Part shown: positions 51,813 through 64,000 of the stretch, one piece after another
How the letters are laid out: every line of letters begins with the position of its first letter
How positions within the stretch are numbered: position 1 is the first letter of the stretch
DNA from: the human T2T-CHM13v2.0 reference genome, Homo sapiens
Length of the DNA: 64,000 nt
Assembly (NCBI RefSeq): GCF_009914755.1
Contig: NC_060926.1
Strand: one strand, 5' to 3'
Program-made: the position numbers and the translations under genes
The notes under the pieces: generated by a model
The model's database searches: none
Told to the model about the DNA's origin: nothing
Seen by the model: the letters and a program-made list of their open reading frames with translations, nothing else

Positions 51813-53030
51813 AAAAGAAGTTACCAGGCATAAGAAAGTTGAAGCCATAAGAAAGCAAAGCCAGAGTCTGAGAAAGGAGTGGAGAGTTTAGTGGTTGAGA
51901 GCAAGAGCATGAACCATGAGGAGGGTTTACTTATTCATAGAAAAAAACAAGAAGCGGTAGAAGCAGAGATGGAAACTTCTCATCACAGTGTGACAGTGTA
52001 AGGAGCTACAGATGCTTGGTGCTCGAGGGACAAGATAACATACTTTTGAAAACTGCAGCATATCATAATCCACGTCTACTTCAACTGGACTGTATGGCCT
52101 TTGAGCTAATTCCTTGTTCTTCATCACTGTTTTTCCCTCAGCTTCACAATTAGGCAATAATCTCCATAAAATGAGGCAATGTCTCCTTTCTTCTCAACCT
52201 ACAATAACTTAGCTTGCCAAGACAGACCCTTGACAATGAGATCAACATTTTTTACCTCAAAGTTAGTCCATTCAGTTGCCTCAAAGTTAGAAAATGAGAG
52301 ATTCAGACATCAGATTTTAGCTTTGCCAAGACTATTATTTACCTTCTTCTCAGTTAAATTTAAAAATGAAATGATTACAACCTCAAAATATCTAATAAAT
52401 TCTGAGTTGACCCTTAAGGTTATGGCCCTTGCTCTTATTTTCTTCATTTCTGTATAATCTGAAGTCACACCACTACCTTTTAAATACTAGCAAAAACAAA
52501 TCAAAAGAACTAAGATTTAAACTCAATTCCTTGTACCATCAACATGATAATTATTCAGAACCAGCCTTTTCAGAGGGTGAAAACATGGATTTAGAGGAGT
52601 ATAATATCTCATATGTATAACCCATTATATTAAACACTTATGCATACACTTATACATACACATGCTATTTTAAACCTCATTTTTCAACCATAAAAGTAGT
52701 CAAATTGGGTTGTCTTTACCATCTACTTGTCAAATAAAGCAGTACAAGAAGTTTAAATGCTTCGTCCAGGGTCCTAGAACAATTCGGCAGAAGTGGAACT
52801 AAAAGACAAGTGTTTCAACTCATAGTCTATTTCCTTTTGTTGGTACTACATTTCCAATCATGTCTGTTACAGCCAAGAGGACTTCGGAAGAATTTCAAAG
52901 ATTACTGGTGGCAATATAGCAGATTTAAACATGCTTGAATTATTGAAGGCAAGTGAAGAGATACTAAAAAAGATACAGCTCTGTGTGGAGAGAGATACAA
53001 GGCTGTGTTCTTAGAAATTTCTAACCCTCT

Positions 53031-53466
53031 GGAATTGGAGAACATTACACTAAGTAAAACAAGTCAGGTGTAGTTTGTCAAGTACTGCATATTCTAACTT
53101 ATATGTAAAATCTAAAACCATTGAAGTTCTAGAAGCAAAGAATAGAGTGGTGGTAACAGAGGTTGGGGATGGAGAGAACAGGGAAGTGATGGCCCAATGG
53201 TACAAAAGAGATTAGACAAGAGAAATATGTGTTTTCTTGTTCTGGGTTATACTGCACAGTGTGGTGAATATAGTTAAGAATAAAGTATTACATATTTCAA
53301 AATTGAAGAGAGAGTAAATTGCAAATGTTCTCACCACAAAAAAGTTAAGTACTTGAGGTGATGGTTATGTTAACTAGTATGATTTAATTACTCCACATTC
53401 CATTCATAAATGTTGACATTATTTTTTACCCTGTACAATTATAAGTTGTCTATTTACAACTAAAAA
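53031..53466 (+). mobile_element. 5'-truncated L1MA6-like 3' end
   Basis: aaatgttctcaccacaaaaaagttaagtacttgaggtgatgg...; degenerate TSD agaaatttctaaccctct / agaaattcccatctctct. Confidence 0.78.
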
Positions 53467-54909
53467 AGAAATTCCCATCTCTCTACTTTTTATGTGACAC
53501 CTATTGTGCTGTAAGCTGCATGTTCTTTAATAGATTAACCATCTCTGTCTCATAGGTTGTGCTCTTAATCCCAAGGCAGTCAATTTTAGGCCTGGGAACA
53601 TTTTCTTAACTCTCTCTCAGGGCTTGCTTCCCAAGGGCAGGAAGAAAAAAGGATTTATTAATGAAAAGAGAATAGAGTGCTCTTTTCACAAAGATGTGAC
53701 TGCGTAGGTATAACACACTGCCCAGGAATCACAAATAACTACTGTGAACTGATGACGAGAAACCTTAGGGATCAAAATAAAATGCTAAGCCACCATTCTA
53801 GGGAAAAAAAAATCAGAGAATAGTTTAAAAAGTAGACAGCAAGCATGAATTTTTCATTACTTTTGAAAGAAGCAGTATAGATTTCTAGCAGATGAATTCT
53901 ACTGTGATAATTTCATTGTCTTTCAAATATATGAATGGAGAAAATGGTTAATTTATTTTATGGGAGAATGATCAACTTTCGTGAGATTGCTCTATGAACA
54001 CTTCAATTTTAAAGATGCCAGGTGTTTCTGAAATATTCCACCAAGTCAATCTGTGATGCAATGAACCTTCTTTGAACCATACTAGTCTTCAAATGCTTTG
54101 AGCAGTATGAGTTGATTGCTCTCTAGTTGTGACACAAAACCGTTAACTTAGACCTTCTTTCATCAGCAACTTGGAACTCACTTTCATCTCTCTGGTATTT
54201 GGAAGCTGTTTTTTTTTTTTCTTTCTTGGATACTTTCCTACTTTAGCTCAATAGCTTCCTGAAAAACATTCATGGAAGGTAATTTGTAAAGATCTTTTAT
54301 CACTAAAATATCTTAGTTCTACCTTGTACTAAGAATTGCTATCAGTTACCATAGGCTAGGCATGTTAAAGCGTTACATGACACCACAGTTTACGTAGATG
54401 TGAGTAATTCTGGTCTGAGTATCTAATTCTCTTTCTCTTCTTTGCTTTTAACCAGTATTTTCTGGGAGACCCAAAACTTACTTTTTATACTTTCTATTGA
54501 GTTTTTTATATTTTAAAATCATATTTCTATTCCCTACAGCTCTTGTTAATACTCTTTAATAGCAGTATAGCAACCTGTTCTGGCTTCATGAATGTATTTT
54601 ATCTCTCTAAGAATATTAATAATTTTCCAAGTTTTATAAATGCAATATCTGCATTTCTTTCAAATTGAATATTATTGTTTTGTTTGCTTTGATGTCTGAC
54701 CTCAATATTAAAGAACTTTCTCAATGTTTAGTGTTTCTTGGCTAATTACTGATATTTATAGATGGGAATTGAAAGTTAACTGAAAACCAGGAGTAGCCCA
54801 TGAAGTTTGTTAATTGTAGGTCTTTCGAGAGGTGACTGAACTTTTATGCTGGAAAAACATGACTATACACATCTTTAGGTCCTTTCTCTTGGGCTAAGCT
54901 GATCCCAGG

Positions 54910-55150
54910 GCATAATAATAACAATAAACACCTGGTATTTATTACATGTCAGAGTTCCAAGTACTTACAAGGTAATATTTTATTGAATCCCAAAAAATTT
55001 ATGCGAAAGGTACTCTTTTAATCCCAGTGTTATAAATGAGCATACTGAGATGAAGAGAAATTGAGTAACTTGTCCAAAGTCATACAGCTAACTACTAGCA
55101 CACAACCCAGCAGACTGGCTCCAGCATCCAGAACACCACATTGCCTCTTG
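54910..55150 (-). mobile_element. MIR
   Basis: ttataaatgagcatactgagatgaagagaaattgagtaacttgtccaaagtcatacagcta. Confidence 0.7.
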
Positions 55151-55636
55151 TGTTCCCATTGAGAAGATATAAGCTCAGAGTTATATGGGTGAAAGGGCTA
55201 GGATTTCACCATTATTTGTGTGGACAGTTTTTCACTTAATCTCCCCGTGTTCCATAAACAGCCTTCAACACTACTTGGTGTTGCCTCTTGTACTCATCGA
55301 GTACCGAATCTTTGTGTTTTACCCTTTCTAGAGGATAAATCTTGAGGCTTCTACAGGATCACAGAAAGTTGTCCTACTGCTTGGAGGGAAGATCTGAAGT
55401 CTAAAGACTTATTAAGCAGATTTTTGACCAATCTTTTTATTATTAGCCTATCTTCTCCTGACTTCCAGTGGATCTAGTGCCATGGATTCATGAGATGTGA
55501 TGTGTGTGTGTGCAAATCATGGTGCTTCACAGCTTTTACAATGGCCAGCTTAGAATTTAGATTTTCAGATGGGCCAAAGTTCTTTTGGTTTCTAGTTCCC
55601 CAAATGTTATCATCTCCTTTCCCATTTCTGAAAATG

Positions 55637-55989
<353 letters not shown>

Positions 55990-56287
55990 TAGCAGGGAGC
56001 AGAGACAAATTTTATATCAAATAGCCGATTTCAACTGGAACTTAGTTATTTTTTTTCATTCGAAAACATATATTTTAGATGAACTACTCTCCCACGGCAA
56101 GCATTGGAACTTACCTTGTGTAAGCAAATTTACTTGCAAGATATTACACCTGGAAGGGAGAATGATTATTTGCTGAGTAATCACCTGTATACCAGGCAAT
56201 GGGAATAGACAATTTAATCACCTTCACTTGTTAATGTATTCATTCAATAAATATTAATATGCCAGACTTTACGTATAAATTAAAATA

Positions 56288-56490
56288 AGCTGTGGGGAGA
56301 TGCTGTCCTCAGGGGGTATTTGCCAATTGCCTGAAGACATTTTAGTTATCACAACTGGGTGGGGGGTGCTACTGGTATCTATCGAGCATAAGCCAGAGAT
56401 GCTTCTAAACATTCTACAATCCACAGAATAGTCGCGACAGCAAAGAATCATCTCGCACAAGATGTCAATAGCACCAAGGTAACGACATTG
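56288..56490 (+). mobile_element. MER20
   Basis: gaagacatttttagttatcacaactggg...gtgctactggtatcta...tgtcaatagcaccaagg. Confidence 0.78.
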
Positions 56491-58011
56491 TGAAATAAAG
56501 TCTTGTGAAAATAATAACCAGTTCAAATTGTAAAGACCTGGTTTCTCCTACCAGCACTGCTTTAGCTCCTCTGATATTTGTGTCTTGGTTCGCTTTGATT
56601 TTATTTCAAAAAGAGAGCCTCAAATTGCATTGCTCTTAGCCTGTTACTTCATCTACAGAATGCTTCCGCTCAAAGAGGGAACATTTTCCCAAATCCTTTA
56701 CTTCTGCTTTTTTCAGAATGAAGTAGAAGACTGCTCTCCTATAGCAAAAAATCTTCTACAGCAACAGCAATGAAGATCCAAAAGGGTGACGACCTAAGAC
56801 AATCTGCCCCCAGCCTTGAGAATACTAGCTGGAAAGTGTGGGGGAGAAGTGACTTTGGCAAGAGTACTTCTGCTCACAGACAAAACAGGAAGTAGCTTCC
56901 TCCCCTAAAGAAAGCTAGCTCTTCCAGGGAGTGTGAAAGCCTACGTTACCTTTTGCGAATTCAAGAGTTGGTCTCATTGTGCCAAAAACTTAAAATAGAT
57001 TCCACAACTGAAGGTTTCTAAAGTTGCTATACTTTTTGAAGAACATCTCATGGGAAAAAGTTTATTTAGGCAAAAAACAGACAGTTTTCTCCAGTCATAA
57101 AAGATTTATTGTGTGAGAGACTTGCTATACCAGAGACTGGAGATACTGTAACAAAATTCATCTGCCACAAAAATGTACAACTACTTTCAAAGATAATGAA
57201 AAATTCACAGCTCAGTTTTTTCTTTAACAGAATTGGTATCATTTTCAAGTAGAGTAAGAAGGCATATGTTCTACAATATCTTCAGTTTTAATGTGGAAAA
57301 GAAAAGCGTTTTATTTTTCTGTGAAGCTAGATGACAGTTCATTTCCCCATAATGACTTAATTCTTCATCACTCTGTCCTGACCAACCTTTCCCTCCATTT
57401 TACCTGAATCCTTAAGGGAGTCCACATCTTTCCTATTCTGACCTCCCGGATGTGGGTCTTCATCACTAGTTGTGTGTGTGCGTGCACATGTGTGTGCACG
57501 TGTGTCCTGGAGTGGGGAAGAGGCATGTATTATTTCTAGAATTCTAAAAGAACAAGTAACCAAATGCTTTAAATTTATAGCTTTGTCCATGTTGCCCTGT
57601 TCCTCTAGGATTTTAAAATACAGGCTCATTATATTGACCAATTTTCACAATACTAACAGCAATTTTGAAAGTTGTCTGGTCATTTTTTTTTAAGGAAACC
57701 TCAACTAAGGTAAATACTTCTATAATTATGTCATTTACACTTGGCTTATTTTCTAACTTAACTATAAAAATGAACATAAAATTACCTTCTACTATCTTGT
57801 CTAAATCTTTATCTTTCTCTCCTAAATATGCTGTCAATATTGTGAGGGCCATTGCCCATTAGAATATGATAAGCAGTCGATTTTCTTCCCGCAGAACAGA
57901 TATTTGAAACAACACAGTGGGTTCTTAAGCGAAGTCTATTATTTTCTCCAAGTTGAACTTGAAAGTTGCCAGACCAAGCAGAAAACAGATTGGTGGTGTT
58001 TCAGTAAAGGC

Positions 58012-58218
58012 AAAGCGGTATAGAGAAAATAATACAGTCTGTGAAGTCACACAGGCCTGATTTCAAATCCCAGCTCTGCCATTTACAAGCTGGGTGGTCC
58101 TGGATAAATTATTTAACCTCTGTGGTCTTCAGTTTCCTCCCAACTTTGTAGGGTTATTGTGAGTATTCAACTATACCAAGTTATAAGTGCATAGGTATTC
58201 AATCAGTGTTCATTCCCT
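58012..58218 (+). mobile_element. MIR
   Basis: ttcaaatcccagctctgccatttacaagctgggtggtcctggataaattatttaacctctgtggtcttcagtttcctc. Confidence 0.8.
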
Positions 58219-58594
58219 TCTGTATCAAAGATTTATAATGGACTTTTCATGGAATTGTCTCCACCTATAATTATGTGACTGTGCCTTCAGATTATCAAAA
58301 TTATATGAATTGTCCATGTGCCCTTGGTTCTGAATATTCAACTCTGTATTGCAGGAATGCCTACTCAGTTGCTTGAATGGGTCTTTGGAGTTAACAAAAT
58401 GGCTGTAGAATTGAAAAAAAAATACTTAAATGCTTAATCACTTCAAAATTTTAGCTAACCCTTTGAAAAAGAAATGAATTTTCTGGGATCTTTTATAATT
58501 CAAGTAATACACCTTTTCTTAAGATCTTTTGTTACTTAAGTGAACATGAACATTTTCCTAAGACATATTAAACAAATAAATACGCACATAAAAT

Positions 58595-58787
58595 TGAAAT
58601 ATATAATTATATTTTATGACAGTATTGATATAAAGATGAAAATGTACGTATATATTCAAGCATTTTCTTAAAACAAAAAATTAGTTTTTTTCTGATTTAA
58701 AAAATGAAAATATTTTCATGGGCCCCTAACAGTATCACAAGCCCTAGGCACTGTGCTAGCTTTGTCTGGTAGATAAGCTGGCTCTGA
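58595..58787 (-). mobile_element. MER96B-like hAT-Tip100 fragment
   Basis: tgggcccctaacagtat...gccctaggcactgtgc...gataagctggctctg terminal repeat. Confidence 0.6.
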
Positions 58788-58952
58788 CTTCTGCCATACT
58801 CTGTTGGTCAAAGCAATCACAGGGCTTACTAGATTCAATGGGATGGAAAATTCAGCTCTACTTTTTGGTGGGTTAAAGTCAAGGAAACATTTCAGAAGAG
58901 TGTGTGGATGGGAGATACTGTACAATCATCTCTGGAGAATAAAATCTGTCAA
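58788..58952 (-). mobile_element. MLT1 LTR 5' fragment
   Basis: acttctgccatactctgttggtcaaagcaatcacagg...agattcaa...ggatgggagata. Confidence 0.6.
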
Positions 58953-60244
58953 AATGAAAGTGCTTCTGAGAAACATGTGCCCTTTTGCTTTCTTTCTTGG
59001 AATGTACCTATATAATAACTGAAGATCTACTATTCCCAAAATCATTGAGAGGGCTTAAAGGAATATTTTCTGATACTCAAGATTTTCAGGGAAATGTAAA
59101 TCAGCCATACTGTTTTCAAAATGTTGCTATACAAATATAAAGATATATTGTACACTCAGGAAATTGTTGCTGAAACAATTATAACTTTATAGATATTTTC
59201 AAAAAATCTAAGTGTGTTTATGTGAAAATAATTGCATAGGCAAGTCAAACACGATACTAAGGAAACTGATGTTATGTTGCTTCAATTTCAATGCAAAGTA
59301 AAAGCCTAATAGAGTAAACAGGTATCCATACCATATCATCAAATGGAATAAAAGAGTTAGTATAACTCTTTTATTTTATTCATCAAATGAATAAAAGAGT
59401 GAGTATCCATGTTGGTTTAATGGACCTGACTGTTTTGGATGTATCTTGGTGCAGAAGACAATACCTGCAATGTCCTGAGAAATATAAGTCTCTCTCGTTC
59501 TCTGTCTCTGTCTCTCTCTCTCTCAGGCATGCACACACATACACACAATCTATTATGTCCAGTTTAACAGAAAAAAATAATTCTAAATAACAGGAATACC
59601 ACATGTAGCTGACAAAGTGGAAATTCAGTATATTAAAGATTACCCTGGGTATTTTTCTCTCTCTTCCATAGAAATACAGGGCTATTTTTATTAATGCATG
59701 GTAATATACTAGACTGTGGTTGTATAAGTCCACATACTCAAGGCTATTCCAAGATACCAATTATAGCAGCACTGGGTTAGCTTGGAAGGCTGGAATGAAC
59801 AGATTGTCTGGTCTGGGGAAGACTGATTTTACCTGTATAAGACAAAAACTAAGTCAAAATGGAGAGCAACACAGTATCATACAAAATAATCATTTCAAGA
59901 ACATAACATGTAAGAATGGACTAGACTCCTAAACAATTTTTAAAACATCACAAAATATAAACTAATGTTTGAAGAGATAACAATAATTTAGACACTAATT
60001 TTGGTATTTCAAATGTAGAAAAAAATCAGTCTTTTATCCATCCAGCACTCATTCTTTTGCAAATTCCACCTCACCACTGTTTGGAGAAATCACCAACCCT
60101 ACTCACTCCCAGAATATAGTTTAAATTTAAGGTTCCATCTTATAGCCTTACCTCTACTGCCACAGAATTGATCTGCTGTGGAGCTTTAATACAATTGATT
60201 TTACTCAGGTATTTTATAAAATAATTCTCAGAAACTGATAATTG

Positions 60245-60490
60245 CAATAAACAGTTACCAAGTACTATATTATGTACCAAGTACTTTTGCCTATGTTAGC
60301 TTATCTAATTTTTTCAGTAGCCCTAAGAAGAGATATTATTAGTCACACTTTACAGATGAGAAAATGGAGGCACAGAGAACTTACATACCTGATTGGGGTT
60401 ACACAGGCAGTAAGTACAGTATTTAAACCAAGATTAAAACTCAGGCAGTCTAACAGCAGAGCATGTGTCCTCAGCTATTATGTCATTTTA
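60245..60490 (-). mobile_element. MIR
   Basis: cactttacagatgagaaaatggaggcacagaga...caggcagtctaacagcagagc. Confidence 0.78.
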
Positions 60491-60737
60491 TCTTTAGGGC
60501 ATCAAATTTGGAAAGAGTAAACATGGCTACAGGAAAACTCCAGGGAAAATGTTAATAATGATTACTTTTAATTTGTCTAAAGGGGTTAAGCTTATTACAA
60601 AGTTTCAAAAACAATGCTTATTGTGATTAAATCCTTCTTATAATTACAGATATACTCATAAACTGTAAAGTTCAAAGTTTCAAATACTTAAAGAATATAA
60701 ATTACACTCTTTTTGAAGCTATTATGATATACATACC

Positions 60738-61194
60738 TGTCTTAGTGCATTTTGTGCTGCTATATAGGAATACTTGAAACTGGGTAATTCATAAAGAAAA
60801 AAGGTTTAATGGGTTAATGACTCTGACAACCAGAAAGTTCAATATTGGGCATTGGGTGAGAAATGCCCAGTCATAAACCTTCTAGTTTTCAGAGTCGCAA
60901 ACCAATTAAACATTGAGCTTCTTCCACTCAGGGCAGAAGGCAAACGGAAGCTAGAGTGTGCAGAGACATGGCAAGGGAGGAAGCCAGAGAGAGAAGATGT
61001 ACCAGGCTCTTTTTAACAACCAGCTCTCAGGGAGCTAATAGAATGAGAACTAATTTACCCCTGAGGAAAGGCACTCATCTATGCATGAGGAATATGCCCC
61101 CATGACCCAAACACCCACCATCAGGCTCCACTTGCAACCTTGAGATCAAATTTCAACATGAGGTTTGGAGGGGACAAACACCGAAGCCCTAGCA
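60738..61194 (-). mobile_element. MSTB1-like solo LTR with perfect TSD ATACC and an internal inverted duplication
   Basis: tgtcttagtgcattttgtgctgctat...ccaggctctttttaacaaccagctctc...atcaaatttcaacatgaggtttggaggggacaaaca; ATACC at 60733-60737 and 61195-61199. Confidence 0.88.
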
Positions 61195-62108
61195 ATACCA
61201 CATGAGCTTTTTTATTGGGAACTTATCCATGAAAAAGCACCTATTCATTTTACTGGAATTAAGGTAGAAATTAGTTTCTCAGCTGATTAGAAAAACTGTG
61301 TCTCACTGCTATAAAAGTAGCATAGAACTCTTCACTGTTCATTAATGGCGGATCTGTGTCTGATTACAGCCCTCACTAGGCTCTAAGATTTGGAGAACAG
61401 ACATACTCACTTGTCCTCAAGGTTAGCCAGAATAGAAACAAACTCTGGTTTCTAAAGGTGTCGCTTTGAGAGTGGCCAGAAGCCTACACTTGTTTTGTCA
61501 ATAAATCAAAAGCTTTGGTCTCCTGGGCTGTTTGCCCTATCCCTTTCTTGCTACTTTATTCTTCCTAAACAATAAATCAATAGGCCAATCCTAGCCAATC
61601 CTAAAATGTTTCAGCAGGACAAAGACCAGCGCATTTTTTGGAGCTAAACTTTGTGTTTCTTGCACGCTCTCTGGATACAAATAATACAGCTCTCACTTTA
61701 ATGTGTGGGGTTAAGAGAGAATACTTTGTAAGTATATATGACACATCAGAGTCTATAAACTAAAGTTGCTTCTTTCCTTGAAATTGATCCTAAAACTCAA
61801 GTTGTGAAGTCATAGTGTAAAATAGTCTCTAGGTCGTGAATAACCCAACTTTGGTGCCTCCTGTGATCTTTTTATTCTGGAATGCTGCTGATATTATGTG
61901 TCTCACCTCCCACTTCCACCAGGGTCAAACTTTTTATTCTCAGGTGAGCTCCAAAATCCAGACTAAGTAAAGCAATGAGAGGATTGATTTTTTCCCCTGT
62001 GATTATTCTCTAAAGGGAGGAAGCCAGGAACTGCTCTTCATTGTTATACTTGAAAGGAATTAAAAGTGATTCTCTTAGAATAGCTCTAAGAGACATTTTC
62101 CAGGCTAG

Positions 62109-62250
<142 letters not shown>

Positions 62251-62554
62251 AGCTTCCTTTCTAAATGTCCAATTCCTTTCTGATTGTAACATGTAGAATT
62301 AAATACTCAAACCACCATAGGACATACCACTATACTTCTAGAGTTGTAGCATCCAAACATCAGCTTCTTTCATCAGTATCTTAGCTTTCAATTTACTAAC
62401 ATAACTACAGTTCTGTGCTAACATTTATTTTTCCTGCGCTCTTTATATCACTCTCTCAAGCATCATTGTAAAATTTCTACCTTCTGTTGACACTCCTTTA
62501 CTAGTTCCAACTTTCAGTTCATTTTGTAATTATTTGCATGGAGTAGTTGATTTC

Positions 62555-62900
62555 TTATTGTTTATATTTTTTGTTTTCTGTATATTGTGATGTTTTGACA
62601 TCTCAAAAGTTTTTCCAGCTAGGGAAATACAACTTCTCCCAAGGACAGCTAAGAGATAGTGAAGAATAAAGCCAGAGCATGCTTTTGTTATACAAACTAA
62701 CCAATCCAGAGCCATTCCCTTCTCTGCCTGGCCCTACTCTCTAAGCAGCACTGTTTCTCACCTTAATCATCCCAGTACCAGGTAGCAGGCAAATAGGCAC
62801 CATTGTAACATCTTCAGCCCTGCTGAAATTATTCAACCCAGCCAATTCTAAACTATTTATTCTGCCCTGCCTTGCCTTTTCTGTGGAAACAATAAAGATT
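62555..62900 (+). mobile_element. MER74-like ERVL LTR, 3'-truncated
   Basis: tgtgatgttttgacatc...caaactaaccaatccagagccat...ccttaatcatcccag...gaaattattcaa...ggaaacaataaag. Confidence 0.6.
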
Positions 62901-63393
62901 TGTTTTGTTTTCATAAATGAAGTCCAGATACTGTCAGGTGTTGGAAGTGGTCCTGTTATTCAGTGATGCCTTTGGAGATATAGGCTCTTTTCATCTTTTG
63001 AATCCACTCTCCTTATTATGCTTGTCTTTGGCCTTAAGATTAAAATCTTGGGGACTATACAAGAACTATACCTCCATGTAATTTGATTCTTTTCAAAGCA
63101 GGAAGAAGTCAAAACATGTTTAGGAATGGGCATCTGGAAAAGGGCAGCCTCAATATGTTTCACAAAATAATATATTAGGGACATTGTATACATGAGTCAT
63201 TCATTAAGTATCCAAGTGAGTAATGTGCCTCTCAGAATAGGTTTCTGGCATAGAGAATGGTATTGATGATTAGAGACATGGCAATAAATGACATCGATTA
63301 GAGTTAGATTCTGAGACAAAGGAGAAATGGGAGAATAGGGGATATATCAATATATAAGATACTTAAGATACTTGATTAGAAAAAGAAGCCAGG

Positions 63394-63757
63394 TGTATTC
63401 ATCTTTTCTCATGCTGCTAATAAAGACATATCCAAACTGGGTAATTTGTAAAGAAAAGGAGGTTTAATGGACTCATAGTTCCACATGGATCAGGAGGCCT
63501 CACAATCATGGTGGAAGGTGAAGTAGGAGCAAAGGCATGTCTTACATGGTGGCAGGCAAGAGAGTGTGTGCAGGGGAAATGTCCTTTGTAAAACCATCAG
63601 ATTTCATGAGACTTATTCACTATCACAAGAACAGCATGGGAAAAACCTACCCCCATGATTTAGTTACCTCCCACCAGGTTCTTCCCACTACATGTGGGGA
63701 TTATGGGAGCTAAAATTCAAGATGAGATTTTGCTGGGGACACAGCCAAACCATATCA
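63394..63757 (-). mobile_element. THE1B solo LTR with perfect TSD CCAGG
   Basis: ctcatgctgctaataaagacata...gaggcctcacaatcatgg...ggggacacagccaaaccatatca; CCAGG at 63389-63393 and 63758-63762. Confidence 0.92.
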
Positions 63758-63762
63758 CCAGG

Positions 63763-64000
63763 TCTGAGAATCAATGATGAAAGTATAAGAAGGAGAACTA
63801 GGAAAAGGAGTATATTAAAAAAAAATAATAATAAAACTAAAGCAAAATTTTCTTAGGATGTACCACAGTCTGCAAGGGGGAAAAATAAGAGAAGGAATAA
63901 GAGCTATGTGGCAGTTAGATGGACTTTTGTAACTTTTATAAGAACAGTTTTCATTGAGTGTGAAAAGAATTGCTAGCCTACTCTATATCGAGGCATGAAT
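63763..64000 (-). mobile_element. Degenerate L2 fragment (probably also left of the THE1B)
   Basis: gtggcagttagatggacttttgtaacttttataagaacagttttcattgagtg resembles antisense L2. Confidence 0.4.

Noticed and set aside
53662-53688. 9-bp inverted repeat TGAAAAGAG/CTCTTTTCA
   Set aside because: Short, AT-rich and isolated; no supporting context
53749-53775. CTGATGA-CGA-GAAAC resembling a hammerhead ribozyme core
   Set aside because: No stem II, and stems I and III cannot be formed correctly; chance match
57613-57852. 79-aa ATG-started minus-strand ORF that looks protein-like
   Set aside because: No recognisable motif or splice context; length expected by chance in 64 kb

Overview
Primate (human-like) nuclear DNA that is AT-rich, CpG-poor and mostly interspersed repeats. 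I found no credible host protein-coding exon, RNA gene or CpG island, so the window is intergenic or deep intronic; I cannot name the locus. The main element is an essentially full-length but defective HERV-L provirus (7798-14365, minus strand; MLT2A1-type LTRs, Leu-tRNA PBS, gag-pro-pol-dUTPase, no env). It sits inside the 5' LTR of a complete THE1D MaLR provirus (5501-14410). Other large elements are a TSD-bounded 7.2-kb L1MA4-like LINE (38591-45759) with a nested L1PB, a second, internally deleted THE1 provirus, a nested MLT1 provirus remnant, many solo LTRs, Alus, MIR/L2, MER DNA transposons and microsatellites. I see no evidence for a new multi-gene system. The notable signals are small structural ones: a ~215-bp local L1-to-L1 copy tract, a likely conversion tract between the HERV-L LTRs, loss of the poly(A) signal from the HERV-L 5' LTR only, several fold-back/template-switch scars (including a 108-nt hairpin in an MSTB1 LTR), and tail-less Alu/L1 patches. 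Repeat subfamily names come from my recollection of consensus sequences, not from a search, and mismatch counts are by eye.
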